Shown: positions 21,765-34,900 of the stretch, one piece after another | Numbering within the stretch: the first letter of the stretch is position 1 | How the letters are laid out: every line of letters begins with the position of its first letter | NCBI GenBank assembly: GCA_964057225.1 | Contig: OZ059898.1 | Span: forward strand, 682,001-746,000 | Direction: 5' to 3' | Length of the DNA stretch: 64,000 nucleotides | Origin: Auanema rhodensis | Taxonomy: Eukaryota > Animalia > Nematoda | Notes under the pieces: model-generated | The model's input: the letters and a program-made list of their open reading frames with translations, nothing else | What the model was told of the DNA's origin: nothing | Database searches by the model: none | Program-made: the position numbers and the translations under genes

Positions 21765-24700
21765 AATGTAGTATAGTGCATTCGATGCGGATTTTTAAGC
21801 TGCGTCGATCTGTGTTATCAGATTTGCGCTAGCTTAAAAATGCACCGAGATATCAACTGATATAAGTTCACACTTATATCCTCGATTTTCACCCTGAAGA
21901 ATTAATTTTTTTGTTGAATAACATTGTCCATCGTCTTTGCCTTGAAAAAAGGAATCTAAAAACATCTACTTTTTGCTAAATTATTTTGAAATTTTTCGAA
22001 AAAATTTTTGTCAAAATGTTTTTGGAAGTAATGTTGAGTGTACATGGAAACTCAACATACACTAATGCATCATTTTTCAAACGATCATAACTAATTTTTG
22101 TATTAAGCGTTTCTCAATGTAGTATAGTGCATTCGATGCGGATTTTTAAGCTGCGTCGATCTGTGTTATCAGATTTGCGCTAGCTTAAAAATGCACCGAG
22201 ATATCAACTGATATAAGTTCACACATATATCCTCAATTTTCACCCTGAAGAATTAATTTTTTCGTTGAATAACATTGTCCATCGTCTTTGCCTTGAAAAA
22301 AGGAATCTAAAAACATCTACTTTTTGCTAAATTATTTTGAAATTTTTCGAAAAAATTTTTGTCAAAATGTTTTTGGAAGTAATGTTGAGTGTACATGGAA
22401 ACTCAACATACACTAATGCATCATTTTTCAAACGATCATAACTAATTTTTGTATTAAGCGTTTCTCAATGTCGTATAGTGCATTCGATGCGGATTTTTAA
22501 GCTGCGTCGATCTGTGTTATCAGATTTGCGCTAGCTTAAAAATGCACCGAGATATCAACTGATATAAGTTCACACTTATATCCTCGATTTTCACCCTGAA
22601 GAATTAATTTTTTCGTTGAATAACATTGTCCATCGTCTTTGCCTTGAAAAAAGGAATCTAAAAACATCTACTTTTTGCTAAATTATTTTGAAATTTTTCG
22701 AAAAAATTTTTGTCAAAATGTTTTTGGAAGCAATGTTGAGTGTACATGGAAACTCAACATACACTAATGCATCATTTTTCAAACGATCATAACTAATTTT
22801 TGTATTAAGCGTTTCTCAATGTAGTATAGTGCATTCGATGCGGATTTTTAAGCTGCGTCGATCTGTGTTATCAGATTTGCGCTAGCTTAAAAATGCACCG
22901 AGATATCAACTGATATAAGTTCACACTTATATCCTCAATTTTCACCCTGAAGAATTAATTTTTTCGTTGAATAACATTGTCCATCGTCTTTGCCTTGAAA
23001 AAAGGAATCTAAAAACATCTACTTTTTGCTAAATTATTTTGAAATTTTTCGAAAAAATTTTTGTCAAAATGTTTTTGGAAGCAATGTTGAGTGTACATGG
23101 AAACTCAACATACACTAATGCATCATTTTTCAAACGATCATAACTAATTTTTGTATTAAGCGTTTCTCAATGTAGTATAGTGCATTCGATGCGGATTTTT
23201 AAGCTGCGTCGATCTGTGTTATCAGATTTGCGCTAGCTTAGAAATGCACCGAGATATCAACTGATATAAGTTCACACTTATATCCTCGATTTTCACCCTG
23301 AAGAATTAATTTTTTCGTTGAATAACATTGTCCATCGTCTTTGCCTTGAAAAAAGGAATCTAAAAACATCTACTTTTTGCTAAATTATTTTGAAATTTTT
23401 CGAAAAAATTTTTGTCAAAATGTTTTTGGAAGCAATGTTGAGTGTACATGGAAACTCAACATACACTAATGCATCATTTTTCAAACGATCATAACTAATT
23501 TTTGTATTAAGCGTTTCTCAATGTAGTATAGTGCATTCGATGCGGATTTTTAAGCTGCGTCGATCTGTGTTATCAGATTTGCGCTAGCTTAAAAATGCAC
23601 CGAGATATCAACTGATATAAGTTCACACTTATATCCTCGATTTTCACCCTGAAGAATTAATTTTTTTGTTGAATAACATTGTCCATCGTCTTTGCCTTGA
23701 AAAAAGGAATCTAAAAACATCTACTTTTTGCTAAATTATTTTGAAATTTTTTGAAAAAATTTTTGTCAAAATGTTTTTGGAAGCAATGTTGAGTGTACAT
23801 GGAAACTCAACATACACTAATGCATCATTTTTCAAACGATCATAACTAATTTTTGTATTAAGCGTTTCTCAATGTAGTATAGTGCATTCGATGCGGATTT
23901 TTAAGCTGCGTCGATCTGTGTTATCAGATTTGCGCTAGCTTAAAAATGCACCGAGATATCAACTGATATAAGTTCACACTTATATCCTCGATTTTCACCC
24001 TGAAGAATTAATTTTTTTGTTGAATAACATTGTCCATCGTCTTTGCCTTGAAAAAAGGAATCTAAAAACATCTACTTTTTGCTAAATTATTTTGAAATTT
24101 TTCGAAAAAATTTTTGTCAAAATGTTTTTGGAAGTAATGTTGAGTGTACATGGAAACTCAACATACACTAATGCATCATTTTTCAAACGATCATAACTAA
24201 TTTTTGTATTAAGCGTTTCTCAATGTCGTATAGTGCATTCGATGCGGATTTTTAAGCTGCGTCGATCTGTGTTATCAGATTTGCGCTAGCTTAAAAATGC
24301 ACCGAGATATCAACTGATATAAGTTCACACTTATATCCTCGATTTTCACCCTGAAGAATTAATTTTTTCGTTGAATAACATTGTCCATCGTCTTTGCCTT
24401 GAAAAAAGGAATCTAAAAACATCTACTTTTTGCTAAATTATTTTGAAATTTTTCGAAAAAATTTTTGTCAAAATGTTTTTGGAAGCAATGTTGAGTGTAC
24501 ATGGAAACTCAACATACACTAATGCATCATTTTTCAAACGATCATAACTAATTTTTGTATTAAGCGTTTCTCAATGTCGTATAGTGCATTCGATGCGGAT
24601 TTTTAAGCTGCGTCGATCTGTGTTATCAGATTTGCGCTAGCTTAAAAATGCACCGAGATATCAACTGATATAAGTTCACACTTATATCCTCGATTTTCAC

Positions 24701-27700
24701 CCTGAAGAATTAATTTTTTCGTTGAATAACATTGTCCATCGTCTTTGCCTTGAAAAAAGGAATCTAAAAACATCTACTTTTTGCTAAATTATTTTGAAAT
24801 TTTTCGAAAAAATTTTTGTCAAAATGTTTTTGGAAGCAATGTTGAGTGTACATGGAAACTCAACATACACTAATGCATCATTTTTCAAACGATCATAACT
24901 AATTTTTGTATTAAGCGTTTCTCAATGTAGTATAGTGCATTCGATGCGGATTTTTAAGCTGCGTCGATCTGTGTTATCAGATTTGCGCTAGCTTAAAAAT
25001 GCACCGAGATATCAACTGATATAAGTTCACACTTATATCCTCGATTTTCACCCTGAAGAATTAATTTTTTTGTTGAATAACATTGTCCATCGTCTTTGCC
25101 TTGAAAAAAGGAATCTAAAAACATCTACTTTTTCCTAAATTATTTTGAAATTTTTCGAAAAAATTTTTGTCAAAATGTTTTTGGAAGCAATGTTGAGTGT
25201 ACATGGAAACTCAACATACACTAATGCATCATTTTTCAAACGATCATAACTAATTTTTGTATTAAGCGTTTCTCAATGTAGTATAGTGCATTCGATGCGG
25301 ATTTTTAAGCTGCGTCGATCTGTGTTATCAGATTTGCGCTAGCTTAAAAATGCACCGAGATATCAACTGATATAAGTTCACACTTATATCCTCGATTTTC
25401 ACCCTGAAGAATTAATTTTTTCGTTGAATAACATTGTCCATCGTCTTTGCCTTGAAAAAAGGAATCTAAAAACATCTACTTTTTGCTAAATTATTTTGAA
25501 ATTTTTCGAAAAAATTTTTGTCAAAATGTTTTTGGAAGCAATGTTGAGTGTACATGGAAACTCAACATACACTAATGCATCATTTTTCAAACGATCATAA
25601 CTAATTTTTGTATTAAGCGTTTCTCAATGTCGTATAGTGCATTCGATGCAGATTTTTAAGCTGCGTCGATCTGTGTTATCAGATTTGCGCTAGCTTAAAA
25701 ATGCACCGAGATATCAACTGATATAAGTTCACACTTATATCCTCGATTTTCACCCTGAAGAATTAATTTTTTCGTTGAATAACATTGTCCATCGTCTTTG
25801 CCTTGAAAAAAGGAATCTAAAAACATCTACTTTTTGCTAAATTATTTTGAAATTTTTCGAAAAAATTTTTGTCAAAATGTTTTTGGAAGCAATGTTGAGT
25901 GTACATGGAAACTCAACATACACTAATGCATCATTTTTCAAACGATCATAACTAATTTTTGTATTAAGCGTTTCTCAATGTAGTATAGTGCATTCGATGC
26001 GGATTTTTAAGCTGCGTCGATATGTGTTATCAGATTTGCGCTAGCTTAAAAATGCACCGAGATATCAACTGATATAAGTTCACACTTATATCCTCGATTT
26101 TCACCCTGAAGAATTAATTTTTTCGTTGAATAACATTGTCCATCGTCTTTGCCTTGAAAAAAGGAATCTAAAAACATCTACTTTTTGCTAAATTATTTTG
26201 AAATTTTTCGAAAAAATTTTTGTCAAAATGTTTTTGGAAGCAATGTTGAGTGTACATGGAAACTCAACATACACTAATGCATCATTTTTCAAACGATCAT
26301 AACTAATTTTTGTATTAAGCGTTTCTCAATGTAGTATAGTGCATTCGATGCGGATTTTTAAGCTGCGTCGATCTGTGTTATCAGATTTGCGCTAGCTTAA
26401 AAATGCACCGAGATATCAACTGATATAAGTTCACACTTATATCCTCGATTTTCACCCTGAAGAATTAATTTTTTTGTTGAATAACATTGTCCATCGTCTT
26501 TGCCTTGAAAAAAGGAATCTAAAAACATCTACTTTTTGCTAAATTATTTTGAAATTTTTCGAAAAAATTTTTGTCAAAATGTTTTTGGAAGCAATGTTGA
26601 GTGTACATGGAAACTCAACATACACTAATGCATCATTTTTCAAACGATCATAACTAATTTTTGTATTAAGCGTTTCTCAATGTAGTATAGTGCATTCGAT
26701 GCGGATTTTTAAGCTGCGTGGATCTGTGTTATCAGATTTGCGCTAGCTTAAAAATGCACCGAGATATCAACTGATATAAGTTCACACTTATATCCTCGAT
26801 TTTCACCCTGAAGAATTAATTTTTTTGTTGAATAACATTGTCCATCGTCTTTGCCTTGAAAAAAGGAATCTAAAAACATCTACTTTTTGCTAAATTATTT
26901 TGAAATTTTTCGAAAAAATTTTTGTCAAAATGTTTTTGGAAGTAATGTTGAGTGTACATGGAAACTCAACATACACTAATGCATCATTTTTCAAACGATC
27001 ATAACTAATTTTTGTATTAAGCGTTTCTCAATGTAGTATAGTGCATTCGATGCGGATTTTTAAGCTGCGTCGATCTGTGTTATCAGATTTGCGCTAGCTT
27101 AAAAATGCACCGAGATATCAACTGATATAAGTTCACACATATATCCTCAATTTTCACCCTGAAGAATTAATTTTTTCGTTGAATAACATTGTCCATCGTC
27201 TTTGCCTTGAAAAAAGGAATCTAAAAACATCTACTTTTTGCTAAATTATTTTGAAATTTTTCGAAAAAATTTTTGTCAAAATGTTTTTGGAAGTAATGTT
27301 GAGTGTACATGGAAACTCAACATACACTAATGCATCATTTTTCAAACGATCATAACTAATTTTTGTATTAAGCGTTTCTCAATGTCGTATAGTGCATTCG
27401 ATGCGGATTTTTAAGCTGCGTCGATCTGTGTTATCAGATTTGCGCTAGCTTAAAAATGCACCGAGATATCAACTGATATAAGTTCACACTTATATCCTCG
27501 ATTTTCACCCTGAAGAATTAATTTTTTCGTTGAATAACATTGTCCATCGTCTTTGCCTTGAAAAAAGGAATCTAAAAACATCTACTTTTTGCTAAATTAT
27601 TTTGAAATTTTTCGAAAAAATTTTTGTCAAAATGTTTTTGGAAGCAATGTTGAGTGTACATGGAAACTCAACATACACTAATGCATCATTTTTCAAACGA

Positions 27701-30700
27701 TCATAACTAATTTTTGTATTAAGCGTTTCTCAATGTAGTATAGTGCATTCGATGCGGATTTTTAAGCTGCGTCGATCTGTGTTATCAGATTTGCGCTAGC
27801 TTAAAAATGCACCGAGATATCAACTGATATAAGTTCACACTTATATCCTCAATTTTCACCCTGAAGAATTAATTTTTTCGTTGAATAACATTGTCCATCG
27901 TCTTTGCCTTGAAAAAAGGAATCTAAAAACATCTACTTTTTGCTAAATTATTTTGAAATTTTTCGAAAAAATTTTTGTCAAAATGTTTTTGGAAGCAATG
28001 TTGAGTGTACATGGAAACTCAACATACACTAATGCATCATTTTTCAAACGATCATAACTAATTTTTGTATTAAGCGTTTCTCAATGTAGTATAGTGCATT
28101 CGATGCGGATTTTTAAGCTGCGTCGATCTGTGTTATCAGATTTGCGCTAGCTTAAAAATGCACCGAGATATCAACTGATATAAGTTCACACTTATATCCT
28201 CGATTTTCACCCTGAAGAATTAATTTTTTTGTTGAATAACATTGTCCATCGTCTTTGCCTTGAAAAAAGGAATCTAAAAACATCTACTTTTTGCTAAATT
28301 ATTTTGAAATTTTTCGAAAAAATTTTTGTCAAAATGTTTTTGGAAGTAATGTTGAGTGTACATGGAAACTCAACATACACTAATGCATCATTTTTCAAAC
28401 GATCATAACTAATTTTTGTATTAAGCGTTTCTCAATGTCGTATAGTGCATTCGATGCGGATTTTTAAGCTGCGTCGATCTGTGTTATCAGATTTGCGCTA
28501 GCTTAAAAATGCACCGAGATATCAACTGATATAAGTTCACACTTATATCCTCGATTTTCACCCTGAAGAATTAATTTTTTCGTTGAATAACATTGTCCAT
28601 CGTCTTTGCCTTGAAAAAAGGAATCTAAAAACATCTACTTTTTGCTAAATTATTTTGAAATTTTTCGAAAAAATTTTTGTCAAAATGTTTTTGGAAGCAA
28701 TGTTGAGTGTACATGGAAACTCAACATACACTAATGCATCATTTTTCAAACGATCATAACTAATTTTTGTATTAAGCGTTTCTCAATGTCGTATAGTGCA
28801 TTCGATGCGGATTTTTAAGCTGCGTCGATCTGTGTTATCAGATTTGCGCTAGCTTAAAAATGCACCGAGATATCAACTGATATAAGTTCACACTTATATC
28901 CTCGATTTTCACCCTGAAGAATTAATTTTTTCGTTGAATAACATTGTCCATCGTCTTTGCCTTGAAAAAAGGAATCTAAAAACATCTACTTTTTGCTAAA
29001 TTATTTTGAAATTTTTCGAAAAAATTTTTGTCAAAATGTTTTTGGAAGCAATGTTGAGTGTACATGGAAACTCAACATACACTAATGCATCATTTTTCAA
29101 ACGATCATAACTAATTTTTGTATTAAGCGTTTCTCAATGTAGTATAGTGCATTCGATGCGGATTTTTAAGCTGCGTCGATCTGTGTTATCAGATTTGCGC
29201 TAGCTTAAAAATGCACCGAGATATCAACTGATATAAGTTCACACTTATATCCTCGATTTTCACCCTGAAGAATTAATTTTTTCGTTGAATAACATTGTCC
29301 ATCGTCTTTGCCTTGAAAAAAGGAATCTAAAAACATCTACTTTTTGCTAAATTATTTTGAAATTTTTCGAAAAAATTTTTGTCAAAATGTTTTTGGAAGC
29401 AATGTTGAGTGTACATGGAAACTCAACATACACTAATGCATCATTTTTCAAACGATCATAACTAATTTTTGTATTAAGCGTTTCTCAATGTCGTATAGTG
29501 CATTCGATGCGGATTTTTAAGCTGCGTCGATCTGTGTTATCAGATTTGCGCTAGCTTAAAAATGCACCGAGATATCAACTGATATAAGTTCACACTTATA
29601 TCCTCGATTTTCACCCTGAAGAATTAATTTTTTCGTTGAATAACATTGTCCATCGTCTTTGCCTTGAAAAAAGGAATCTAAAAACATCTACTTTTTGCTA
29701 AATTATTTTGAAATTTTTCGAAAAAATTTTTGTCAAAATGTTTTTGGAAGCAATGTTGAGTGTACATGGAAACTCAACATACACTAATGCATCATTTTTC
29801 AAACGATCATAACTAATTTTTGTATTAAGCGTTTCTCAATGTAGTATAGTGCATTCGATGCGGATTTTTAAGCTGCGTCGATCTGTGTTATCAGATTTGC
29901 GCTAGCTTAAAAATGCACCGAGATATCAACTGATATAAGTTCACACTTATATCCTCAATTTTCACCCTGAAGAATTAATTTTTTCGTTGAATAACATTGT
30001 CCATCGTCTTTGCCTTGAAAAAAGGAATCTAAAAACATCTACTTTTTGCTAAATTATTTTGAAATTTTTCGAAAAAATTTTTGTCAAAATGTTTTTGGAA
30101 GCAATGTTGAGTGTACATGGAAACTCAACATACACTAATGCATCATTTTTCAAACGATCATAACTAATTTTTGTATTAAGCGTTTCTCAATGTAGTATAG
30201 TGCATTCGATGCGGATTTTTAAGCTGCGTCGATCTGTGTTATCAGATTTGCGCTAGCTTAAAAATGCACCGAGATATCAACTGATATAAGTTCACACTTA
30301 TATCCTCGATTTTCACCCTGAAGAATTAATTTTTTCGTTGAATAACATTGTCCATCGTCTTTGCCTTGAAAAAAGGAATCTAAAAACATCTACTTTTTGC
30401 TAAATTATTTTGAAATTTTTCGAAAAAATTTTTGTCAAAATGTTTTTGGAAGCAATGTTGAGTGTACATGGAAACTCAACATACACTAATGCATCATTTT
30501 TCAAACGATCATAACTAATTTTTGTATTAAGCGTTTCTCAATGTCGTATAGTGCATTCGATGCAGATTTTTAAGCTGCGTCGATCTGTGTTATCAGATTT
30601 GCGCTAGCTTAAAAATGCACCGAGATATCAACTGATATAAGTTCACACTTATATCCTCGATTTTCACCCTGAAGAATTAATTTTTTCGTTGAATAACATT

Positions 30701-31943
30701 GTCCATCGTCTTTGCCTTGAAAAAAGGAATCTAAAAACATCTACTTTTTGCTAAATTATTTTGAAATTTTTCGAAAAAATTTTTGTCAAAATGTTTTTGG
30801 AAGCAATGTTGAGTGTACATGGAAACTCAACATACACTAATGCATCATTTTTCAAACGATCATAACTAATTTTTGTATTAAGCGTTTCTCAATGTAGTAT
30901 AGTGCATTCGATGCGGATTTTTAAGCTGCGTCGATCTGTGTTATCAGATTTGCGCTAGCTTAAAAATGCACCGAGATATCAACTGATATAAGTTCACACT
31001 TATATCCTCGATTTTCACCCTGAAGAATTAATTTTTTCGTTGAATAACATTGTCCATCGTCTTTGCCTTGAAAAAAGGAATCTAAAAACATCTACTTTTT
31101 GCTAAATTATTTTGAAATTTTTCGAAAAAATTTTTGTCAAAATGTTTTTGGAAGCAATGTTGAGTGTACATGGAAACTCAACATACACTAATGCATCATT
31201 TTTCAAACGATCATAACTAATTTTTGTATTAAGCGTTTCTCAATGTAGTATAGTGCATTCGATGCGGATTTTTAAGCTGCGTCGATCTGTGTTATCAGAT
31301 TTGCGCTAGCTTAAAAATGCACCGAGATATCAACTGATATAAGTTCACACTTATATCCTCGATTTTCACCCTGAAGAATTAATTTTTTTGTTGAATAACA
31401 TTGTCCATCGTCTTTGCCTTGAAAAAAGGAATCTAAAAACATCTACTTTTTGCTAAATTATTTTGAAATTTTTCGAAAAAATTTTTGTCAAAATGTTTTT
31501 GGAAGCAATGTTGAGTGTACATGGAAACTCAACATACACTAATGCATCATTTTTCAAACGATCATAACTAATTTTTGTATTAAGCGTTTCTCAATGTAGT
31601 ATAGTGCATTCGATGCGGATTTTTAAGCTGCGTGGATCTGTGTTATCAGATTTGCGCTAGCTTAAAAATGCACCGAGATATCAACTGATATAAGTTCACA
31701 CTTATATCCTCGATTTTCACCCTGAAGAATTAATTTTTTTGTTGAATAACATTGTCCATCGTCTTTGCCTTGAAAAAAGGAATCTAAAAACATCTACTTT
31801 TTGCTAAATTATTTTGAAATTTTTCGAAAAAATTTTTGTCAAAATGTTTTTGGAAGTAATGTTGAGTGTACATGGAAACTCAACATACACTAATGCATCA
31901 TTTTTCAAACGATCATAACTAATTTTTGTATTAAGCGTTTCTC
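21765..31943 (+). repeat. Degenerate 14-monomer-period duplication (4914-bp offset)
   Basis: gatgcAg occurs at 25650 and 30564, and gcgtGg monomers start at 26679 and 31593. The monomer series 22116/22467/22818 equals 27030/27381/27732. The middle part is rearranged. Confidence 0.75.
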
Positions 31944-34900
31944 AATGTCGTATAGTGCATTCGATGCGGATTTTTAAGCTGCGTCGATCTGTGTTATCAG
32001 ATTTGCGCTAGCTTAAAAATGCACCGAGATATCAACTGATATAAGTTCACACTTATATCCTCGATTTTCACCCTGAAGAATTAATTTTTTCGTTGAATAA
32101 CATTGTCCATCGTTTTTGCCTTGAAAAAAGGAATCTAAAAACATCTACTTTTTGCTACATTATTTTGAAATTTTTCGAAAAAATTTTTGTCAAAATGTTT
32201 TTGGAAGCAATGTTGAGTGTACATGGAAACTCAACATACACTAATGCATCATTTTTCAAACGATCATAACTAATTTTTGTATTAAGCGTTTCTCAATGTA
32301 GTATAGTGCATTCGATGCGGATTTTTAAGCTGCGTCGATCTGTGTTATCAGATTTGCGCTAGCTTAAAAATGCACCGAGATATCAACTGATATAAGTTCA
32401 CACTTATATCCTCGATTTTCACCCTGAAGAATTAATTTTTTTGTTGAATAACATTGTCCATCGTCTTTGCCTTGAAAAAAGGAATCTAAAAACATCTACT
32501 TTTTGCTAAATTATTTTGAAATTTTTCGAAAAAATTTTTGTCAAAATGTTTTTGGAAGTAATGTTGAGTGTACATGGAAACTCAACATACACTAATGCAT
32601 CATTTTTCAAACGATCATAACTAATTTTTGTATTAAGCGTTTCTCAATGTCGTATAGTGCATTCGATGCGGATTTTTAAGCTGCGTCGATCTGTGTTATC
32701 AGATTTGCGCTAGCTTAAAAATGCACCGAGATATCAACTGATATAAGTTCACACTTATATCCTCGATTTTCACCCTGAAGAATTAATTTTTTCGTTGAAT
32801 AACATTGTCCATCGTCTTTGCCTTGAAAAAAGGAATCTAAAAACATCTACTTTTTGCTAAATTATCTTGAAATTTTTCGAAAAAATTTTTGTCAAAATGT
32901 TTTTGGAAGCAATGTTGAGTGTACATGGAAACTCAACATACACTAATGCATCATTTTTCAAACGATCATAACTAATTTTTGTATTAAGCGTTTCTCAATG
33001 TAGTATAGTGCATTCGATGCGGATTTTTAAGCTGCGTCGATCTGTGTTATCAGATTTGCGCTAGCTTAAAAATGCACCGAGATATCAACTGATATAAGTT
33101 CACACTTATATCCTCGATTTTCACCCTGAAGAATTAATTTTTTTGTTGAATAACATTGTCCATCGTCTTTGCCTTGAAAAAAGGAATCTAAAAACATCTA
33201 CTTTTTGCTAAATTATTTTGAAATTTTTTCGAAAAAATTTTTGTCAAAATGTTTTTGGAAGCAATGTTGAGTGTACATGGAAACTCAACATACACTAATG
33301 CATCATTTTTCAAACGATCATAACTAATTTTTGTATTAAGCGTTTCTCAATGTCGTATAGTGCATTCGATGCGGATTTTTAAGCTGCGTCGATCTGTGTT
33401 ATCAGATTTGCGCTAGCTTAAAAATGCACCGAGATATCAACTGATATAAGTTCACACTTATATCCTCGATTTTCACCCTGAAGAATTAATTTTTTCGTTG
33501 AATAACATTGTCCATCGTCTTTGCCTTGAAAAAAGGAATCTAAAAACATCTACTTTTTGCTAAATTATCTTGAAATTTTTCGAAAAAATTTTTGTCAAAA
33601 TGTTTTTGGAAGCAATGTTGAGTGTACATGGAAACTCAACATACACTAATGCATCATTTTTCAAACGATCATAACTAATTTTTGTATTAAGCGTTTCTCA
33701 ATGTAGTATAGTGCATTCGATGCGGATTTTTAAGCTGCGTCGATCTGTGTTATCAGATTTGCGCTAGCTTAAAAATGCACCGAGATATCAACTGATATAA
33801 GTTCACACTTATATCCTCGATTTTCACCCTGAAGAATTAATTTTTTTGTTGAATAACATTGTCCATCGTCTTTGCCTTGAAAAAAGGAATCTAAAAACAT
33901 CTACTTTTTGCTAAATTATTTTGAAAATTTTTCGAAAAAATTTTTGTCAAAATGTTTTTGGAAGCAATGTTGAGTGTACATGGAAACTCAACATACACTA
34001 ATGCATCATTTTTCAAACGATCATAACTAATTTTTGTATTAAGCGTTTCTCAATGTAGTATAGTGCATTCGATGCGGATTTTTAAGCTGCGTCGATCTGT
34101 GTTATCAGATTTGCGCTAGCTTAAAAATGCACCGAGATATCAACTGATATAAGTTCACACTTATATCCTCGATTTTCACCCTGAAGAATTAATTTTTTTG
34201 TTGAATAACATTGTCCATCGTCTTTGCCTTGAAAAAAGGAATCTAAAAACATCTACTTTTTGCTAAATTATTTTGAAAATTTTTCGAAAAAATTTTTGTC
34301 AAAATGTTTTTGGAAGCAATGTTGAGTGTACATGGAAACTCAACATACACTAATGCATCATTTTTCAAACGATCATAACTAATTTTTGTATTAAGCGTTT
34401 CTCAATGTCGTATAGTGCATTCGATGCGGATTTTTAAGCTGCGTCGATCTGTGTTATCAGATTTGCGCTAGCTTAAAAATGCACCGAGATATCAACTGAT
34501 ATAAGTTCACACTTATATCCTCGATTTTCACCCTGAAGAATTAATTTTTTCGTTGAATAACATTGTCCATCGTCTTTGCCTTGAAAAAAGGAATCTAAAA
34601 ACATCTACTTTTTGCTAAATTATCTTGAAATTTTTCGAAAAAATTTTTGTCAAAATGTTTTTGGAAGCAATGTTGAGTGTACATGGAAACTCAACATACA
34701 CTAATGCATCATTTTTCAAACGATCATAACTAATTTTTGTATTAAGCGTTTCTCAATGTAGTATAGTGCATTCGATGCGGATTTTTAAGCTGCGTCGATC
34801 TGTGTTATCAGATTTGCGCTAGCTTAAAAATGCACCGAGATATCAACTGATATAAGTTCACACTTATATCCTCGATTTTCACCCTGAAGAATTAATTTTT

